A DNA stretch of 64,000 bases from a bacterium (GCA_965199855.1 OZ241326.1:1376001-1440000), one strand, 5' to 3'; numbered from the stretch's first letter, positions 19,441 to 29,415 are shown. Notes: generated by a model not told the origin, from the sequence alone. A program made the numbers and translations.

Positions 19441-21774
19441 TTATGGCGCCTCCACGACGGACGGGGGGCGGAACGCCGTAATTTCAGGAAGTGCCTCCTC
19501 GTAGCGCTCGACCTCGACGAGGGCGCTGTGCGCGCTGGGGCCCTGGCCCAGCCTCGAGGTTCCCTTGTCGGGCGTCAGGACGTTGGGGTTTCCGTGCTTG
19601 TCGAGCGACCCGATTCTGCCGGGCTCCAGCGGATCATACCAGGCGCCCGTGGAGAGCTGGATGACTCCCGCGAGCAGCCCGTCCGAAATCGCGGCCCCCG
19701 CGAGGACGGCGCCGCGATCGTTGAAGATCCTGATGACGTCTCCCTCGCGGATGCCCCGCGCGGCGGCGTCGTCGGGGTGAATCCGGGCCGGCTCCCTGCC
19801 GTTGATTTTGCTCGCGCGGCTGAGGACGCCGTTGTCCATCTGTCCGTGCAGCCTCGCGCGCGGCTGGTTCGAGATGAGGTGCAACGGGAATTTCGCCGCC
19901 TTCTCGCCGCCCAGCCATTCGCCGGGTTCGAGCCAGGCGGGGTGGGGCGGGCAATCTGGATACCCGAAGCTCTCGATGCGCTCGGAGTAGATCTCGATTT
20001 TTCCCGAGGGCGTCTTGAGAGCGTTCTTCTCCGGGTCTTCCCTGAAGTCGGCGAGATAGACGAGCGGCGTCTCCGGCGGGGGGACTTCAGCGTGTCCCGT
20101 CTCCCAGAAATGCGCGAACGTATCGAGCGGCACCCCTTTCGAGGCGGCCTTGCGGCGCGCCTCCTCGTAGATGCGGCGTATCCACTCCATCTCGCCGCGG
20201 CCTTCGGTGAAGGCTTCTCTGAATCCCAGCCGCTCCGCCAGGTCCGAGAAGATGTCGAAGTCGTGCCGGGCCTCGCCGATCGGCTCGATCACCTTGCGCA
20301 TGGCGAGGATGAAGCGATCCCTGGAGCTCGCCCCGACGTCGTTGCGCTCGAGCGTGGTGGTCGCCGGCAGGACGACGTCCGCGTGGCGCGCGGTGGACGT
20401 CCACCAGGGCTCGTGAACGACGATCGTCTCCGGCCGCCGCCACGCCCTGACGAGGCGATTGAGGTCCTGGTGATGGTGGAAGGGGTTGCCGCCGCACCAA
20501 TAGACCATTCTGACGTCCGGATAGACGCGCCGCTCGCCGTTGAAGTCGTACGGCTCGTTCGGGTGAAGCATCATGTCCGCGATGCGGGCGACGGGGATGA
20601 AGCTTCCGGTCGGGTTCCTCCCTGCGCTCATGCTGGGCGACGCGATGCTCTCGCGCGGAATCGCGCGTCCGCCCATGCTCCCGTAGCCGAAGCCGAACCC
20701 GCCGCCCGGCAGGCCGATTTGCCCGAGCATGGCGGCGAGCGCGATCGTCATCCAGAACGTCTGCTCTCCGTGATCTCCGCGCTGGAGGGACCAGTTCACG
20801 TTGATCATGGTTCTCTCGCGCGCCATGCGCCGGGCGAGATTCACGATGTCGTCCGCCGGGACGCCCGCAATGCCGGACGCCCATTCCGCGCTTTTGGGCA
20901 GGCCGTCGGCTTTTCCCGTCAGGTAGGCTTCAAACTTCCCGAAGCCGACGCAGCAGCGGGCGAGGAAGGCTTTGTCGTGCAGGTTCTCGCTCCAAAGCGC
21001 GTGGGCGAGGCCGAGCATCAGCGCCACGTCCGTGTTGGGGCGCGCGGGAAGCCACTGGGCGTCCAGAAAGTCGGGCGCGTCGTCCCTGAGCGGGCTGACG
21101 CTGACGAATTCCACCCCGTTCGCCTTCGCCTTTTCGAGCCACAGCGGCAGGGTATGCTCTCCGGCGCCTCCCGATGCGACCTGCGCGTTCTTGACGGGAA
21201 CGCCCCCGAACATGACGAACAGCCCGGTGCTCTTCACGATGCCGTCCCACGTCGTGATGGGGCCGGAGCAGGCGTCCGCGTTTCCCAGAACGTGGGGGAG
21301 GATGACGTAGCCGGCGGCGATGCTGTAGGTGGTCGCCTGATCCGTAAAGCCGCCGTGGCAGTTGAAGAATCTCTTCACCAGGGTGTTCGCGTGGTGAAAG
21401 CGGCCCGCGCTCGCCCAGCCGTAGGAGCCGGCGAAGATGGATGCGCTTCCGTGTTCGGTCCTGACGCGCCGGATCTCGTCGGCGACCAGATCGAGAGCGC
21501 GCTCCCAGGAGACGGGAACGAAGGGCTCGGCGCCGCGCCCGGCGGTGTTCTTCCCCGGCCCGTGCTCGAGCCAGCCCGCGCGGATCATCGGCCGCCGCAC
21601 GCGGCTCTCGTCATACACCGCGCCTTGAATCGACTCCAGGATGGGGGAGGGCGCCGGGTCCTTGGCGAACGGCTCGAAGCCCACCATGCGCCCGTCCCGG
21701 ACGTGCGCCTGAAACGCCCCCCAGTGGGAGCTGTGCGGACGCTTTTCCACCGCGCTTCGCCCGTCGGGCATCAA
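19441..21774 (-). CDS. Molybdopterin oxidoreductase, BisC/TorA/DMSO reductase type, no Tat signal
   Basis: SSHWGAF, GSYGWASAGRFH, TYSIAA (Ser ligand), WSLQRGDHGEQ, GGNPFHHHQD, GNPNVLT. Confidence 0.9.
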   Translation of the reverse strand: MMPDGRSAVEKRPHSSHWGAFQAHVRDGRMVGFEPFAKDPAPSPILESIQGAVYDESRVRRPMIRAGWLEHGPGKNTAGRGAEPFVPVSWERALDLVADEIRRVRTEHGSASIFAGSYGWASAGRFHHANTLVKRFFNCHGGFTDQATTYSIAAGYVILPHVLGNADACSGPITTWDGIVKSTGLFVMFGGVPVKNAQVASGGAGEHTLPLWLEKAKANGVEFVSVSPLRDDAPDFLDAQWLPARPNTDVALMLGLAHALWSENLHDKAFLARCCVGFGKFEAYLTGKADGLPKSAEWASGIAGVPADDIVNLARRMARERTMINVNWSLQRGDHGEQTFWMTIALAAMLGQIGLPGGGFGFGYGSMGGRAIPRESIASPSMSAGRNPTGSFIPVARIADMMLHPNEPYDFNGERRVYPDVRMVYWCGGNPFHHHQDLNRLVRAWRRPETIVVHEPWWTSTARHADVVLPATTTLERNDVGASSRDRFILAMRKVIEPIGEARHDFDIFSDLAERLGFREAFTEGRGEMEWIRRIYEEARRKAASKGVPLDTFAHFWETGHAEVPPPETPLVYLADFREDPEKNALKTPSGKIEIYSERIESFGYPDCPPHPAWLEPGEWLGGEKAAKFPLHLISNQPRARLHGQMDNGVLSRASKINGREPARIHPDDAAARGIREGDVIRIFNDRGAVLAGAAISDGLLAGVIQLSTGAWYDPLEPGRIGSLDKHGNPNVLTPDKGTSRLGQGPSAHSALVEVERYEEALPEITAFRPPSVVEAP

Positions 21775-21964
21775 GTTGGTTCCTCCGCGAGGTCAGGCCG
21801 CTTCCATGGCTCGGCGTCCGGCGGAGCAGTATATCACGAGCGAAGAGCAAATCCCCGCTCCCTGAGGCTCCCCCGAACAAGCCGGCGGGAGGATGACTTT
21901 GGGGCCGGAGTGTGCCATTGTTCCGGCATCCGAGATCATTTTCCCCTCGTCCCGGAGAAGGCTC

Positions 21965-22450
21965 ATGGACTTGCTCGCGAAAATGGCCGGCGACGTCGGG
22001 CGCCTGCTGAAGGAGCGGCGGCAGACTGTCGCCGTTGCGGAAACGTCCGCGGGTGGGCTGGCGTCCTCCGCCCTGCTCGCCGTTCCGGGGGCTTCCGCGT
22101 ACTACGTGGGCGGCGGCGTGCTCTACACCTATGATTCGAGGAGCGTTCTGCTCGGTCTGCCCGAGGACGCCTTCGAGGGAATGCGTCCGGCCACGGAAGC
22201 CTACGCGGCGAAGCTGGCCCTGGCGATAAGGGAGAGGCTGGGGGCGGCGTGGGGCGTCTCCGAAACCGGCGCCGCCGGGCCCTCGGGGAACAGATACGGA
22301 GACGCGGCGGGGCATTCGTGCGTGGCCGTTTCCGGTCCGGTGAGCGAGGCGATGACGCTGGAGACGGGCGCCGCGGATCGGGAGGCGAACATGTGGGCGT
22401 TCGCGGAGGCGGCGCTCGGCTTGCTCAAGGAGGCGGTGGAGCGAAGTTAA
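21965..22450 (+). CDS. CinA C-terminal domain / PncC-like protein
   Basis: VAVAETSAGGL, PGASAYYVGG, ETGAAGPSG. Confidence 0.82.
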   Translation: MDLLAKMAGDVGRLLKERRQTVAVAETSAGGLASSALLAVPGASAYYVGGGVLYTYDSRSVLLGLPEDAFEGMRPATEAYAAKLALAIRERLGAAWGVSETGAAGPSGNRYGDAAGHSCVAVSGPVSEAMTLETGAADREANMWAFAEAALGLLKEAVERS

Positions 22451-22471
22451 ACCGCATGGAGACGACGCGAT

Positions 22472-23458
22472 ATGTTTCAGGCTCTGGTTCTGGAGGAAGC
22501 GGAAGGGGGAGTCCGCTCGTCGATTCAGGAGCTTGATGAGGCGAGCCTGCCGGAGGGCGACGTGACGGTCGCCGTCGACTATTCGACGCTCAACTACAAG
22601 GACGGGATGGTGCTGGGCGGCCTCGGGCGGCTGGTGCGCCGGTATCCCCACGTGCCGGGCATCGACTTCGCGGGCGTCGTGGAGGAGAGCGCGCACCCGG
22701 ATTACCGCGCCGGGGACAAGGTGATTCTCACCGGCTGGCGGGTCGGCGAGGCGCGCTGGGGCGGCTACGCGCAGAAGGCGCGGGTTCGGGGGGACTGGCT
22801 GGTTCATCTGCCGGAGGAGCTCTCGACGAGGCGGGCGATGGCGCTCGGCACGGCGGGCTTCACGGCCATGCTTTCCGTCCAGGCGCTGGAGGATCACGGC
22901 CTGGGCGTCGATGAGGGCGAGGTGCTGGTGACGGGCGCCGCCGGCGGAGTGGGTTCGGTCGCGGTGGCCGTCCTCGGGCGGCGGGGGTATTCCGTCACGG
23001 CGTCGACGGGAAGAGAGGAGACCCGCGAATATCTGACGGCGCTGGGAGCCTCAGCGATAATCGCCCGCGGCGAACTCTCCGAGGGAGCGAAGCGGCCGCT
23101 TGAGAGCGAGCGCTGGGCGGGGTGCGTCGATTCGGTGGGCGGCGCGACGCTCGCGCGCCTGCTGACGCAGATGAAATACGGGGGCTCCGTGGCGGCGGTG
23201 GGCCTGGCCGGCGGCAGCGCGCTCGAGACGACGGTGATTCCGTTTCTTCTGCGGGGCGTGAATCTCCTGGGCATTGATTCCGTCATGTGCCCCCCCGCGC
23301 GCCGGCGGAAGGCGTGGGCGCGGCTCGCGGAGCAGACGCCGATGGACAAGCTCGAATCCATGATCACCGAAGCCGCGCTTTCCGATCTGCCCGGCCTGGG
23401 CGCCGACATCCTGAAGGGACGGGTGAAGGGCCGCGTGGTGGTGGACGTGAACGCCTAG
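22472..23458 (+). CDS. acuI: Acrylyl-CoA reductase (YhdH/AcuI, MDR family)
   Basis: YSTLNYKDG, PGIDFAG, GTAGFTAML, TGAAGGVGS, PFLLRGVNLLGIDSV. Confidence 0.88.
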   Translation: MFQALVLEEAEGGVRSSIQELDEASLPEGDVTVAVDYSTLNYKDGMVLGGLGRLVRRYPHVPGIDFAGVVEESAHPDYRAGDKVILTGWRVGEARWGGYAQKARVRGDWLVHLPEELSTRRAMALGTAGFTAMLSVQALEDHGLGVDEGEVLVTGAAGGVGSVAVAVLGRRGYSVTASTGREETREYLTALGASAIIARGELSEGAKRPLESERWAGCVDSVGGATLARLLTQMKYGGSVAAVGLAGGSALETTVIPFLLRGVNLLGIDSVMCPPARRRKAWARLAEQTPMDKLESMITEAALSDLPGLGADILKGRVKGRVVVDVNA

Positions 23459-23907
23459 GAGCCTTTTCTTCTCGTCAGCTCCCGGTCGAGCGCCGCGGCG
23501 AATTTGCGGCGATCCGCCGCGGCCATGGGCGGCGGGCCGCCCTGGACGAGTCCCCCCGAGCGCATCTCCATCATGAAGTTGCGGAGCGAGAGCCGCTCGC
23601 CCGCGTTTTCTTCCGTATAGACCTCGCCGCGCGGGTCGATGGCCAGCGCGCCTTTCTCCACCGCCTTCGCCGCGAAGGGAACGTCCGCGGTGATGACGAA
23701 GTCGCCCGCGGCCAGATGCTCGATGATGTAGGCGTCGGCGGCGTCCGGCCCGCCCGGAACCCGTATCGTGGAGAGGGAGGGGACGTCCGGCGTCCTCAGC
23801 TTCATGTTGGCCACCAGCGTGGTGGGAACGCCGAGCCGCTCGGCGGCTTTGTAGAGAATCTCCTTGACCTCCTGCGGACAGGCGTCCGCGTCCACCCAGA
23901 TTTTCAC
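23455..23907 (-). CDS. YaiI/YqxD family protein (DUF188)
   Basis: IWVDADACP, DAADAYI, VITADVPFA, PRGEVYTEEN. Confidence 0.9.
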   Translation of the reverse strand: MKIWVDADACPQEVKEILYKAAERLGVPTTLVANMKLRTPDVPSLSTIRVPGGPDAADAYIIEHLAAGDFVITADVPFAAKAVEKGALAIDPRGEVYTEENAGERLSLRNFMMEMRSGGLVQGGPPPMAAADRRKFAAALDRELTRRKGS

Positions 23908-24013
23908 GTGCTTTCCCCGAGGCGCGGCGCTTAGGCATCGCGGCGTCTTTATAGTAGGATGCTTCTAATACGACGCGCCCGTTTGGGCAATACGGATGCG
24001 CCGGGAGGAGCGA

Positions 24014-24229
24014 ATGTCCGCGCCTGAGAAAGGCCGCGAGGAAATCGCGGCGCGAATCAGCGGGATGGCCTCTGAAATCTACGGCGTGCCGGAGGATGCC
24101 TTCGGCCGCGAGACGGCGGATGAATGCGCCCGGATGCTGCGAATTCTCTCCGGGATGGAAGTGGACCCCGCCGATGAGCCGTTTCTCCCTCCGCTCGAGG
24201 AGGCCGGGCCGGACGAGGGCGCGAAGTGA
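24014..24229 (+). CDS. Small acidic protein coupled to amidase (GatC/AtzG-like candidate)
   Basis: GGAGGAG RBS, 71 aa, helical with C-terminal DPADEPF; GTGA overlap with amidase start. Confidence 0.5.
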   Translation: MSAPEKGREEIAARISGMASEIYGVPEDAFGRETADECARMLRILSGMEVDPADEPFLPPLEEAGPDEGAK

Positions 24230-25569
24230 GCGAATACTGGAAGCTCTCCCTGAGCGGGGGTCTGCGCAGGATGGAGGAGGGAACGCTCGGCGCGGCGGAG
24301 TGGACGCGCTCCCTCCTGTCGCGCATCGACGCCTGCGAGGACAGGGTGAAGGCCTGGGCGCAGGTGGACCGGCAAGGCGCGCTCGACGCGGCGGAGCGGG
24401 TGGACGACGCGCGAAGCGGCGGGGCGGCCCTCGGCCCTCTGGCCGGGGTGCCCTACGCGGCCAAGGACATCATCGACGTTCGGGGACTCAGGCGCGAGGC
24501 GGGAACGGAAATTCTGAAGGGAGAGGAAGCCGCCGAGGACGCCGTCTGCGTGGCGCGCCTGCGCGATGCGGGCGCGATAGCTCTCGGCAAGGCGGTGACG
24601 ACGCCCTTCGCCCAGGGAGACCCCTCCATCACGCGCAATCCCTGGAATCTGGAGCGCAGCCCGGGCGGTTCGAGCAGCGGCTCGGCGGCGGCCGTGGGCG
24701 CGGGCATGGTCCCCGCCGCCTTCGGCAGCCAGACGACCGGCTCCACCCTTCGCCCGGCGGCGTATTGCGGGGTGCCCGCCCTCAAGCCCACCTACGGGCG
24801 CATTCCGAGAACGGGCCTCATCAAGGTTTCGTGGAATTTCGACCACGTGGGCGTCATCGCGCGCTCGGTGGAGGACATCGCCAGAATCCTGGCGGCGGCG
24901 GCCGGCCCCGACGGAGCGGATCACCGCGCCGTGGAGGCTCCGCCCCCTCCCGCGGAAATCGCGCCCCGAAAGCCGGAGAAGATCGCCTGGCTGAAGCACG
25001 TTCTCGATCAGGCGAGCGCGGAGGTCGCCGAGTGGACGGAGCGGGCCGTGTCCCGAATCGAATCGGCGGGCGTCGCCGTCGAGGAGGTGGAGCTGCCCCT
25101 GAGCCTGGAGGAGATCAACGCGGCGCATTTCATCGCCCGCTGCGTGGACGCCGCGGCTCATCATCAGGATTTATACGAGGCGCATGGGGAGAGGCTGCCG
25201 CCCTACGTGCGCAGAAGCCTGACGATTGGATACATGACGCCCGCCGTCCATTATGTGAGGGCGATGCGGATTCGCGCGAACTTCACGCGGAAAATGGACG
25301 ATTTGATGAGCCGGCGCGACCTGCTGGCGCTTCCCAGCTTCGACGCGGGCGCGCCTCCCCGGGAAGAGTCCACGGGCGCTCCGGCGTTTCTGCAGCCGCT
25401 CACCTTTTCGGGACAGCCGGCCGTCACCCTGCCCCTGGGGCGGGGGGACATGAACCTTCCCCTGGGGATTCAGTTCGGCGCCATGCGCCTCGGGGAGGAG
25501 AAGCTCCTGGCGATGGCGCGCTGGTTCGAGGACGAAATGGGCTGGCTGGCGGAGTTTCCCGACCTGTAG
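24226..25569 (+). CDS. Amidase signature family enzyme
   Basis: GVPYAAKDII, SPGGSSSGSAAAV, GSQTTGSTLRPAAYCG. Confidence 0.9.
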   Translation: MSEYWKLSLSGGLRRMEEGTLGAAEWTRSLLSRIDACEDRVKAWAQVDRQGALDAAERVDDARSGGAALGPLAGVPYAAKDIIDVRGLRREAGTEILKGEEAAEDAVCVARLRDAGAIALGKAVTTPFAQGDPSITRNPWNLERSPGGSSSGSAAAVGAGMVPAAFGSQTTGSTLRPAAYCGVPALKPTYGRIPRTGLIKVSWNFDHVGVIARSVEDIARILAAAAGPDGADHRAVEAPPPPAEIAPRKPEKIAWLKHVLDQASAEVAEWTERAVSRIESAGVAVEEVELPLSLEEINAAHFIARCVDAAAHHQDLYEAHGERLPPYVRRSLTIGYMTPAVHYVRAMRIRANFTRKMDDLMSRRDLLALPSFDAGAPPREESTGAPAFLQPLTFSGQPAVTLPLGRGDMNLPLGIQFGAMRLGEEKLLAMARWFEDEMGWLAEFPDL

Positions 25570-25605
25570 GGCGGAGGGGGTTCGCGCGATGAGGAAGATT
25601 CGGAG

Positions 25606-26763
25606 ATGAGCGGGACGGGACTCGAAGCGGCGGCGCCGGCAGCGGCGGATGGGGCGAAGCTGAAAATCATCGACGCCGACATTCATCCCCGGATGAACGG
25701 CATGTTCCAGCTGCATCCCTACCTCTCCGAGGCGTGGCGGAAGCGCATGGGCGTCGCGCCGCTCAGCTCCGCGAAGGACCCGAACACCGCGAGAAACGTC
25801 TTCTCCATCCCGAAGCGCTGGTATTTCCACCCCCACGGCGCGGAGCGGCCGGACGCCCTGCCGCCGGACGGCGGGCGGCCGGGGTCGAGCCTCGACATGA
25901 TGCGCTCGCATCATCTGGACAAATACGGGGTGGACGCGGGCGTTTTGATCGCCGGCGACTTGTTCGGCATCGGGGGGCTGCCGGACGCCGACATGGCGGC
26001 CGCGTTCATCTCGGCGAACAACGACTGGCTGCTCCATGAATGGTGCGGGGAGGAGCCCCGCCTGAAGCTGGCGATTCACGTCGGCCCGCGGGACGCGCGG
26101 CTCGCCGTTCGGGAGATTGAGCGAATCGGCGGGCATCCCGCCGTCGTTCAGGTGCAGGTTCCGCAGATGGACATGCTGATGGGGAATCGCCACTTCTATC
26201 CCATCTACGAGGCGGCGGAGGCCATGGGCCTGCCCGTCGGGATGCACGGGGCGGGAGAGTCGGCGGGCGTCAACACCCCGATGAACCCGACGGGCGTCCC
26301 CTCCTATTACATCGAGGTGCACACGGGGGCGGTGACCGTGGCCCAGGCCCACGTCCTCAGCCTGGTGTGCGAGGGCGTGTTCGCGCGCTTTCCGAAGCTG
26401 AGAGTCGTTTTCCAGGAGATGGGCTACGCCTGGCTGCCGAGCCTCATGTGGCGCTTCGATCAGGAATGGCGCTCGCTGCGCGCGGAGGTGCCCTGGCTCG
26501 AGCGTCCGCCCAGCGAATACGTCGTCGAGCACGTCCGGCTCACCTCGCAGCCCATCGCGGAGCCGCCCACGAGAGAGGACCATCGCCACGTTCTCAGGAT
26601 GGCGAAGGCGGAGAAGACGCTGCTGTTCGCCTCCGACTATCCGCACTGGGACTTCGACGATCCGCGGCAGGTTTTTCAGGAGGCGCCGGATGCGCTGAGG
26701 CGGCGCATTTACCACGAGAGCGCCGAGGAGCTGTATGGCCGCAAGCTCCGGGCGGGCGGCTAG
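25606..26763 (+). CDS. Amidohydrolase_2 TIM-barrel protein (possible AibH/PtmU3-like dimetal oxygenase subunit)
   Basis: IIDADIH, NDWLLHEW, YPIYEAA, GVFARFPKLRVVFQE, LFASDYPHWDFD. Confidence 0.85.
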   Translation: MSGTGLEAAAPAAADGAKLKIIDADIHPRMNGMFQLHPYLSEAWRKRMGVAPLSSAKDPNTARNVFSIPKRWYFHPHGAERPDALPPDGGRPGSSLDMMRSHHLDKYGVDAGVLIAGDLFGIGGLPDADMAAAFISANNDWLLHEWCGEEPRLKLAIHVGPRDARLAVREIERIGGHPAVVQVQVPQMDMLMGNRHFYPIYEAAEAMGLPVGMHGAGESAGVNTPMNPTGVPSYYIEVHTGAVTVAQAHVLSLVCEGVFARFPKLRVVFQEMGYAWLPSLMWRFDQEWRSLRAEVPWLERPPSEYVVEHVRLTSQPIAEPPTREDHRHVLRMAKAEKTLLFASDYPHWDFDDPRQVFQEAPDALRRRIYHESAEELYGRKLRAGG

Positions 26764-26797
26764 GCGGGCAGGCGCGGCCGCGGAACGCGGGCCGGCG

Positions 26798-27895
26798 TCA
26801 GGCGTCAAGGCGGAATTTCCGCACCGCCTCCTCGTTCACCTCCACGCCCAGCCCCGGGCCCTCGGGCACCTTGACCACGCCGCCCCGCGCCTCGAAGCCC
26901 GCGACGATGTCCTCCTCGTGCCAGGCGGACGCCTTGCCGGATTCGTTGTAGCGGATTGCGGGCGTCGAGGCGAAGAGATGCGCGCACGCGGCGTCGTTCA
27001 GCGCGCTGTGAATCACGCTGCCGCACAGCCCTTCGATGCCGTGAATCTCGATGAGGGCGGCCGCCTTCTTCGCGCGGAGAAGGCCGCCCTCCCTGTTCAC
27101 TTTCAGGTTCACGATGTCGGCGGCGCGCCTGCGGGCGATTTCGGCCAGATAGTCGGGCCGGAAGGATTCGTCCGCGCAGATGGGAACGCGCGAGTTCTTC
27201 GTGACGAATTCCAGGCCGTCCAGGTCGCGGCCGGGCACCGGCTGCTCGAGCATCGCGACGCCGAACTCCTCGATGCGCGCGCACATCTGGACGGCGAGCT
27301 TGGGCGTCCAGCTCATGTTCGCGTCCACCACGATGCGCGCCTCCTCTCCCGCCGCCTCCCGCGCCGCCGCCACGCGCGCGACGCTCGTCTTCGCGTCGCG
27401 GTTCATCTTCACCTTGAAGGAGGTGATCCCCGAAGCCATGGATTCCGCCGCGAGCTCGGCGGTCCGCTCCGGCGATTCGAGGGGAAGGATGTCGAAGGCG
27501 GGCATTTCGTCCCTGATTTTTCCGCCCAGCAGATCATATACTGGACGCCCCAGCATCCGCCCCAGCAGGTCGTGCGCCGCGCAGTCGATCGCCGCCTTGG
27601 GCGAGTAGTGGAAGGGGATGGCCGCGTCCATCTTCTGAACGATGCGCTCCCGCTCGAAGGGGCTGGAGCCGGAGACGGCGGGAACCAGATATTCTTCGAG
27701 TATCCGAAAGGCGCTTTTCAGGGTTTCCCCGGTCGGAAACGAGCGAAGCGCCGCGGCCCCCCAGCCGGCGACGCCCTCGCACGTAATCTTCACCACGATG
27801 TCCTCCGAGCGCGTGGCCGCGCGCGTGGCGCTCCTGTAGGGGTGGGTGAGGGGGATGGCGACGGGGAACAGCTCGATCTTTTCGATTTTCGGCAT
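26798..27895 (-). CDS. Mandelate racemase/muconate lactonizing enzyme family (enolase superfamily)
   Basis: AKAAIDCA-like helix, FKVKM, VDANMSW, EQP, ADES, NLK, PEGPGLG. Confidence 0.88.
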   Translation of the reverse strand: MPKIEKIELFPVAIPLTHPYRSATRAATRSEDIVVKITCEGVAGWGAAALRSFPTGETLKSAFRILEEYLVPAVSGSSPFERERIVQKMDAAIPFHYSPKAAIDCAAHDLLGRMLGRPVYDLLGGKIRDEMPAFDILPLESPERTAELAAESMASGITSFKVKMNRDAKTSVARVAAAREAAGEEARIVVDANMSWTPKLAVQMCARIEEFGVAMLEQPVPGRDLDGLEFVTKNSRVPICADESFRPDYLAEIARRRAADIVNLKVNREGGLLRAKKAAALIEIHGIEGLCGSVIHSALNDAACAHLFASTPAIRYNESGKASAWHEEDIVAGFEARGGVVKVPEGPGLGVEVNEEAVRKFRLDA

Positions 27896-27924
27896 TTTGG
27901 GGGGTCGTCTCCGATCTCGGGGAC

Positions 27925-28323
27925 TCAGACGCGCACCATCACCAGGTCTTTCTCGAGCGTGACCTCGTAGGTTTCGATGGACGGGTCTTCCTCCGCCTCC
28001 AGGGTGACCTCGTAGGTTTTGACGCGCGTCCCGTGGGGATTGAATATGGAGCGCCCGGTCGCGATGTCGAATTCCCAGCAATGCCACGGGCAGACGAGAA
28101 CCTGATCGTCCATCACGTATTCGTAGGCGTGCGGCCTGGAGGACTTCATCGTGCCCTTGACCTTGCCGAGGCAAAGCGGCGCGCCCTGGTGGGGGCAGGC
28201 GTTTCTCAGCGCGTAGAGGGAGTTCCCGACGTTGAACACGCCGATGGAGCGGCCCTCGACTTCGATGATCCTGCGCTCGCCGGGAGGCAGCTCGGATATC
28301 CTGCACACCGGGTGCTTCGCCAT
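27925..28323 (-). CDS. Rieske [2Fe-2S] ferredoxin
   Basis: CPHQGAPL and CPWHCWEFD motifs. Confidence 0.9.
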   Translation of the reverse strand: MAKHPVCRISELPPGERRIIEVEGRSIGVFNVGNSLYALRNACPHQGAPLCLGKVKGTMKSSRPHAYEYVMDDQVLVCPWHCWEFDIATGRSIFNPHGTRVKTYEVTLEAEEDPSIETYEVTLEKDLVMVRV

Positions 28324-28335
28324 CCGCGCCGCGCC

Positions 28336-29163
28336 CTAGCCTTGCGCCGCCGCGCCCGCCGCCCTCGCCTTCAGCATCTCCTCGAGCTTCGGCATGGCGC
28401 GCACCGATGCGTAGCGCGCCCCCTCGCCGCTTGGGGAGGAGAGGCTGCGCCTTGCGCCTTTGGGAATCTGGATGACGGAGCCGGGGCCCGCCTCCTGGCG
28501 ATCGTCGTCCACCCGGGCGTCGATTTTTCCCCGGAGGACGTAGATGAATTCCTCGCGCGCGCTCTCGACGGCCGCGTCCTCGAAGCCGGCGGGTATTTCG
28601 CCGTAGCCGAAGGCGAGGCGCTCGCCTTCCACCCAGACGGCGTGGCGTCCCGAGGCTTCGGGGGCGTCCAGGGAGGGGAGAATCGGGTAATAGGGGTTTC
28701 CCAGGCCCTCGACGATGATTTTCGCTCTCCCCGCGTCCTTTTCGAGGTTTTCGGTGGCGCCCGAGTCGTATTGCTCGTTGATCTCCTCGACGGTGGGCGC
28801 CCTGTCCGGCACCACCTGATCCCTGTCCAGGCCGACGACCGTCCAGGAGCGATCCTTCACGTAGAGATACTCCATGTCGCCGTCCTCGGTGGCGATCATC
28901 TGGTGCTGCGCGTAGGCGGGCACGTGAACGAAGGTGCCCGGGGAGACGACCCTCCTGTCCTTGCCGACCAGCGCGTTGATTTTCCCGCTGACGGGGAAGA
29001 TCATGAGTTCGTTGGGGTGATAGTGTATCTGGGAGCCCGTGCCGGCCACCTTGCTGACCCGGCAGAAATACATGTATTCCCCTTCGATGATGGCGCCCTG
29101 TCCGGTGGAAAGGTGGGGGGAGAGGGCTTTCTTTTCGATTCCTTCAAAGCGATGAAACGGCAT
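28336..29163 (-). CDS. Bicupin domain protein
   Basis: HYHPNEL...HVPAYAQH in first cupin; degenerate second cupin (EEFIYVLRG, IQIPKG). Confidence 0.8.
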   Translation of the reverse strand: MPFHRFEGIEKKALSPHLSTGQGAIIEGEYMYFCRVSKVAGTGSQIHYHPNELMIFPVSGKINALVGKDRRVVSPGTFVHVPAYAQHQMIATEDGDMEYLYVKDRSWTVVGLDRDQVVPDRAPTVEEINEQYDSGATENLEKDAGRAKIIVEGLGNPYYPILPSLDAPEASGRHAVWVEGERLAFGYGEIPAGFEDAAVESAREEFIYVLRGKIDARVDDDRQEAGPGSVIQIPKGARRSLSSPSGEGARYASVRAMPKLEEMLKARAAGAAAQG

Positions 29164-29415
29164 TCGGCGAACTCCTTTCCTGGCGAATGAACCGCGCCGG
29201 CTTTTTCAGCGCGCCGCGGCCGCCCGCTCGCGCGAGGCGAGAAACGAAAAATTTTCATTGTCGGATTTGTGGAATCCGGGGGCGAATGTTACTCTCTTCC
29301 CATGCGTCTGACAATTCGCGCCGCGGAAAAATGGCGTCCGCCGCCGTTGTCATGGCGACGAAGGAGCGAAGGGCCGCTTTTGAGGACGAATGCCATGCGT
29401 CCGGGAGGCTTTGCC

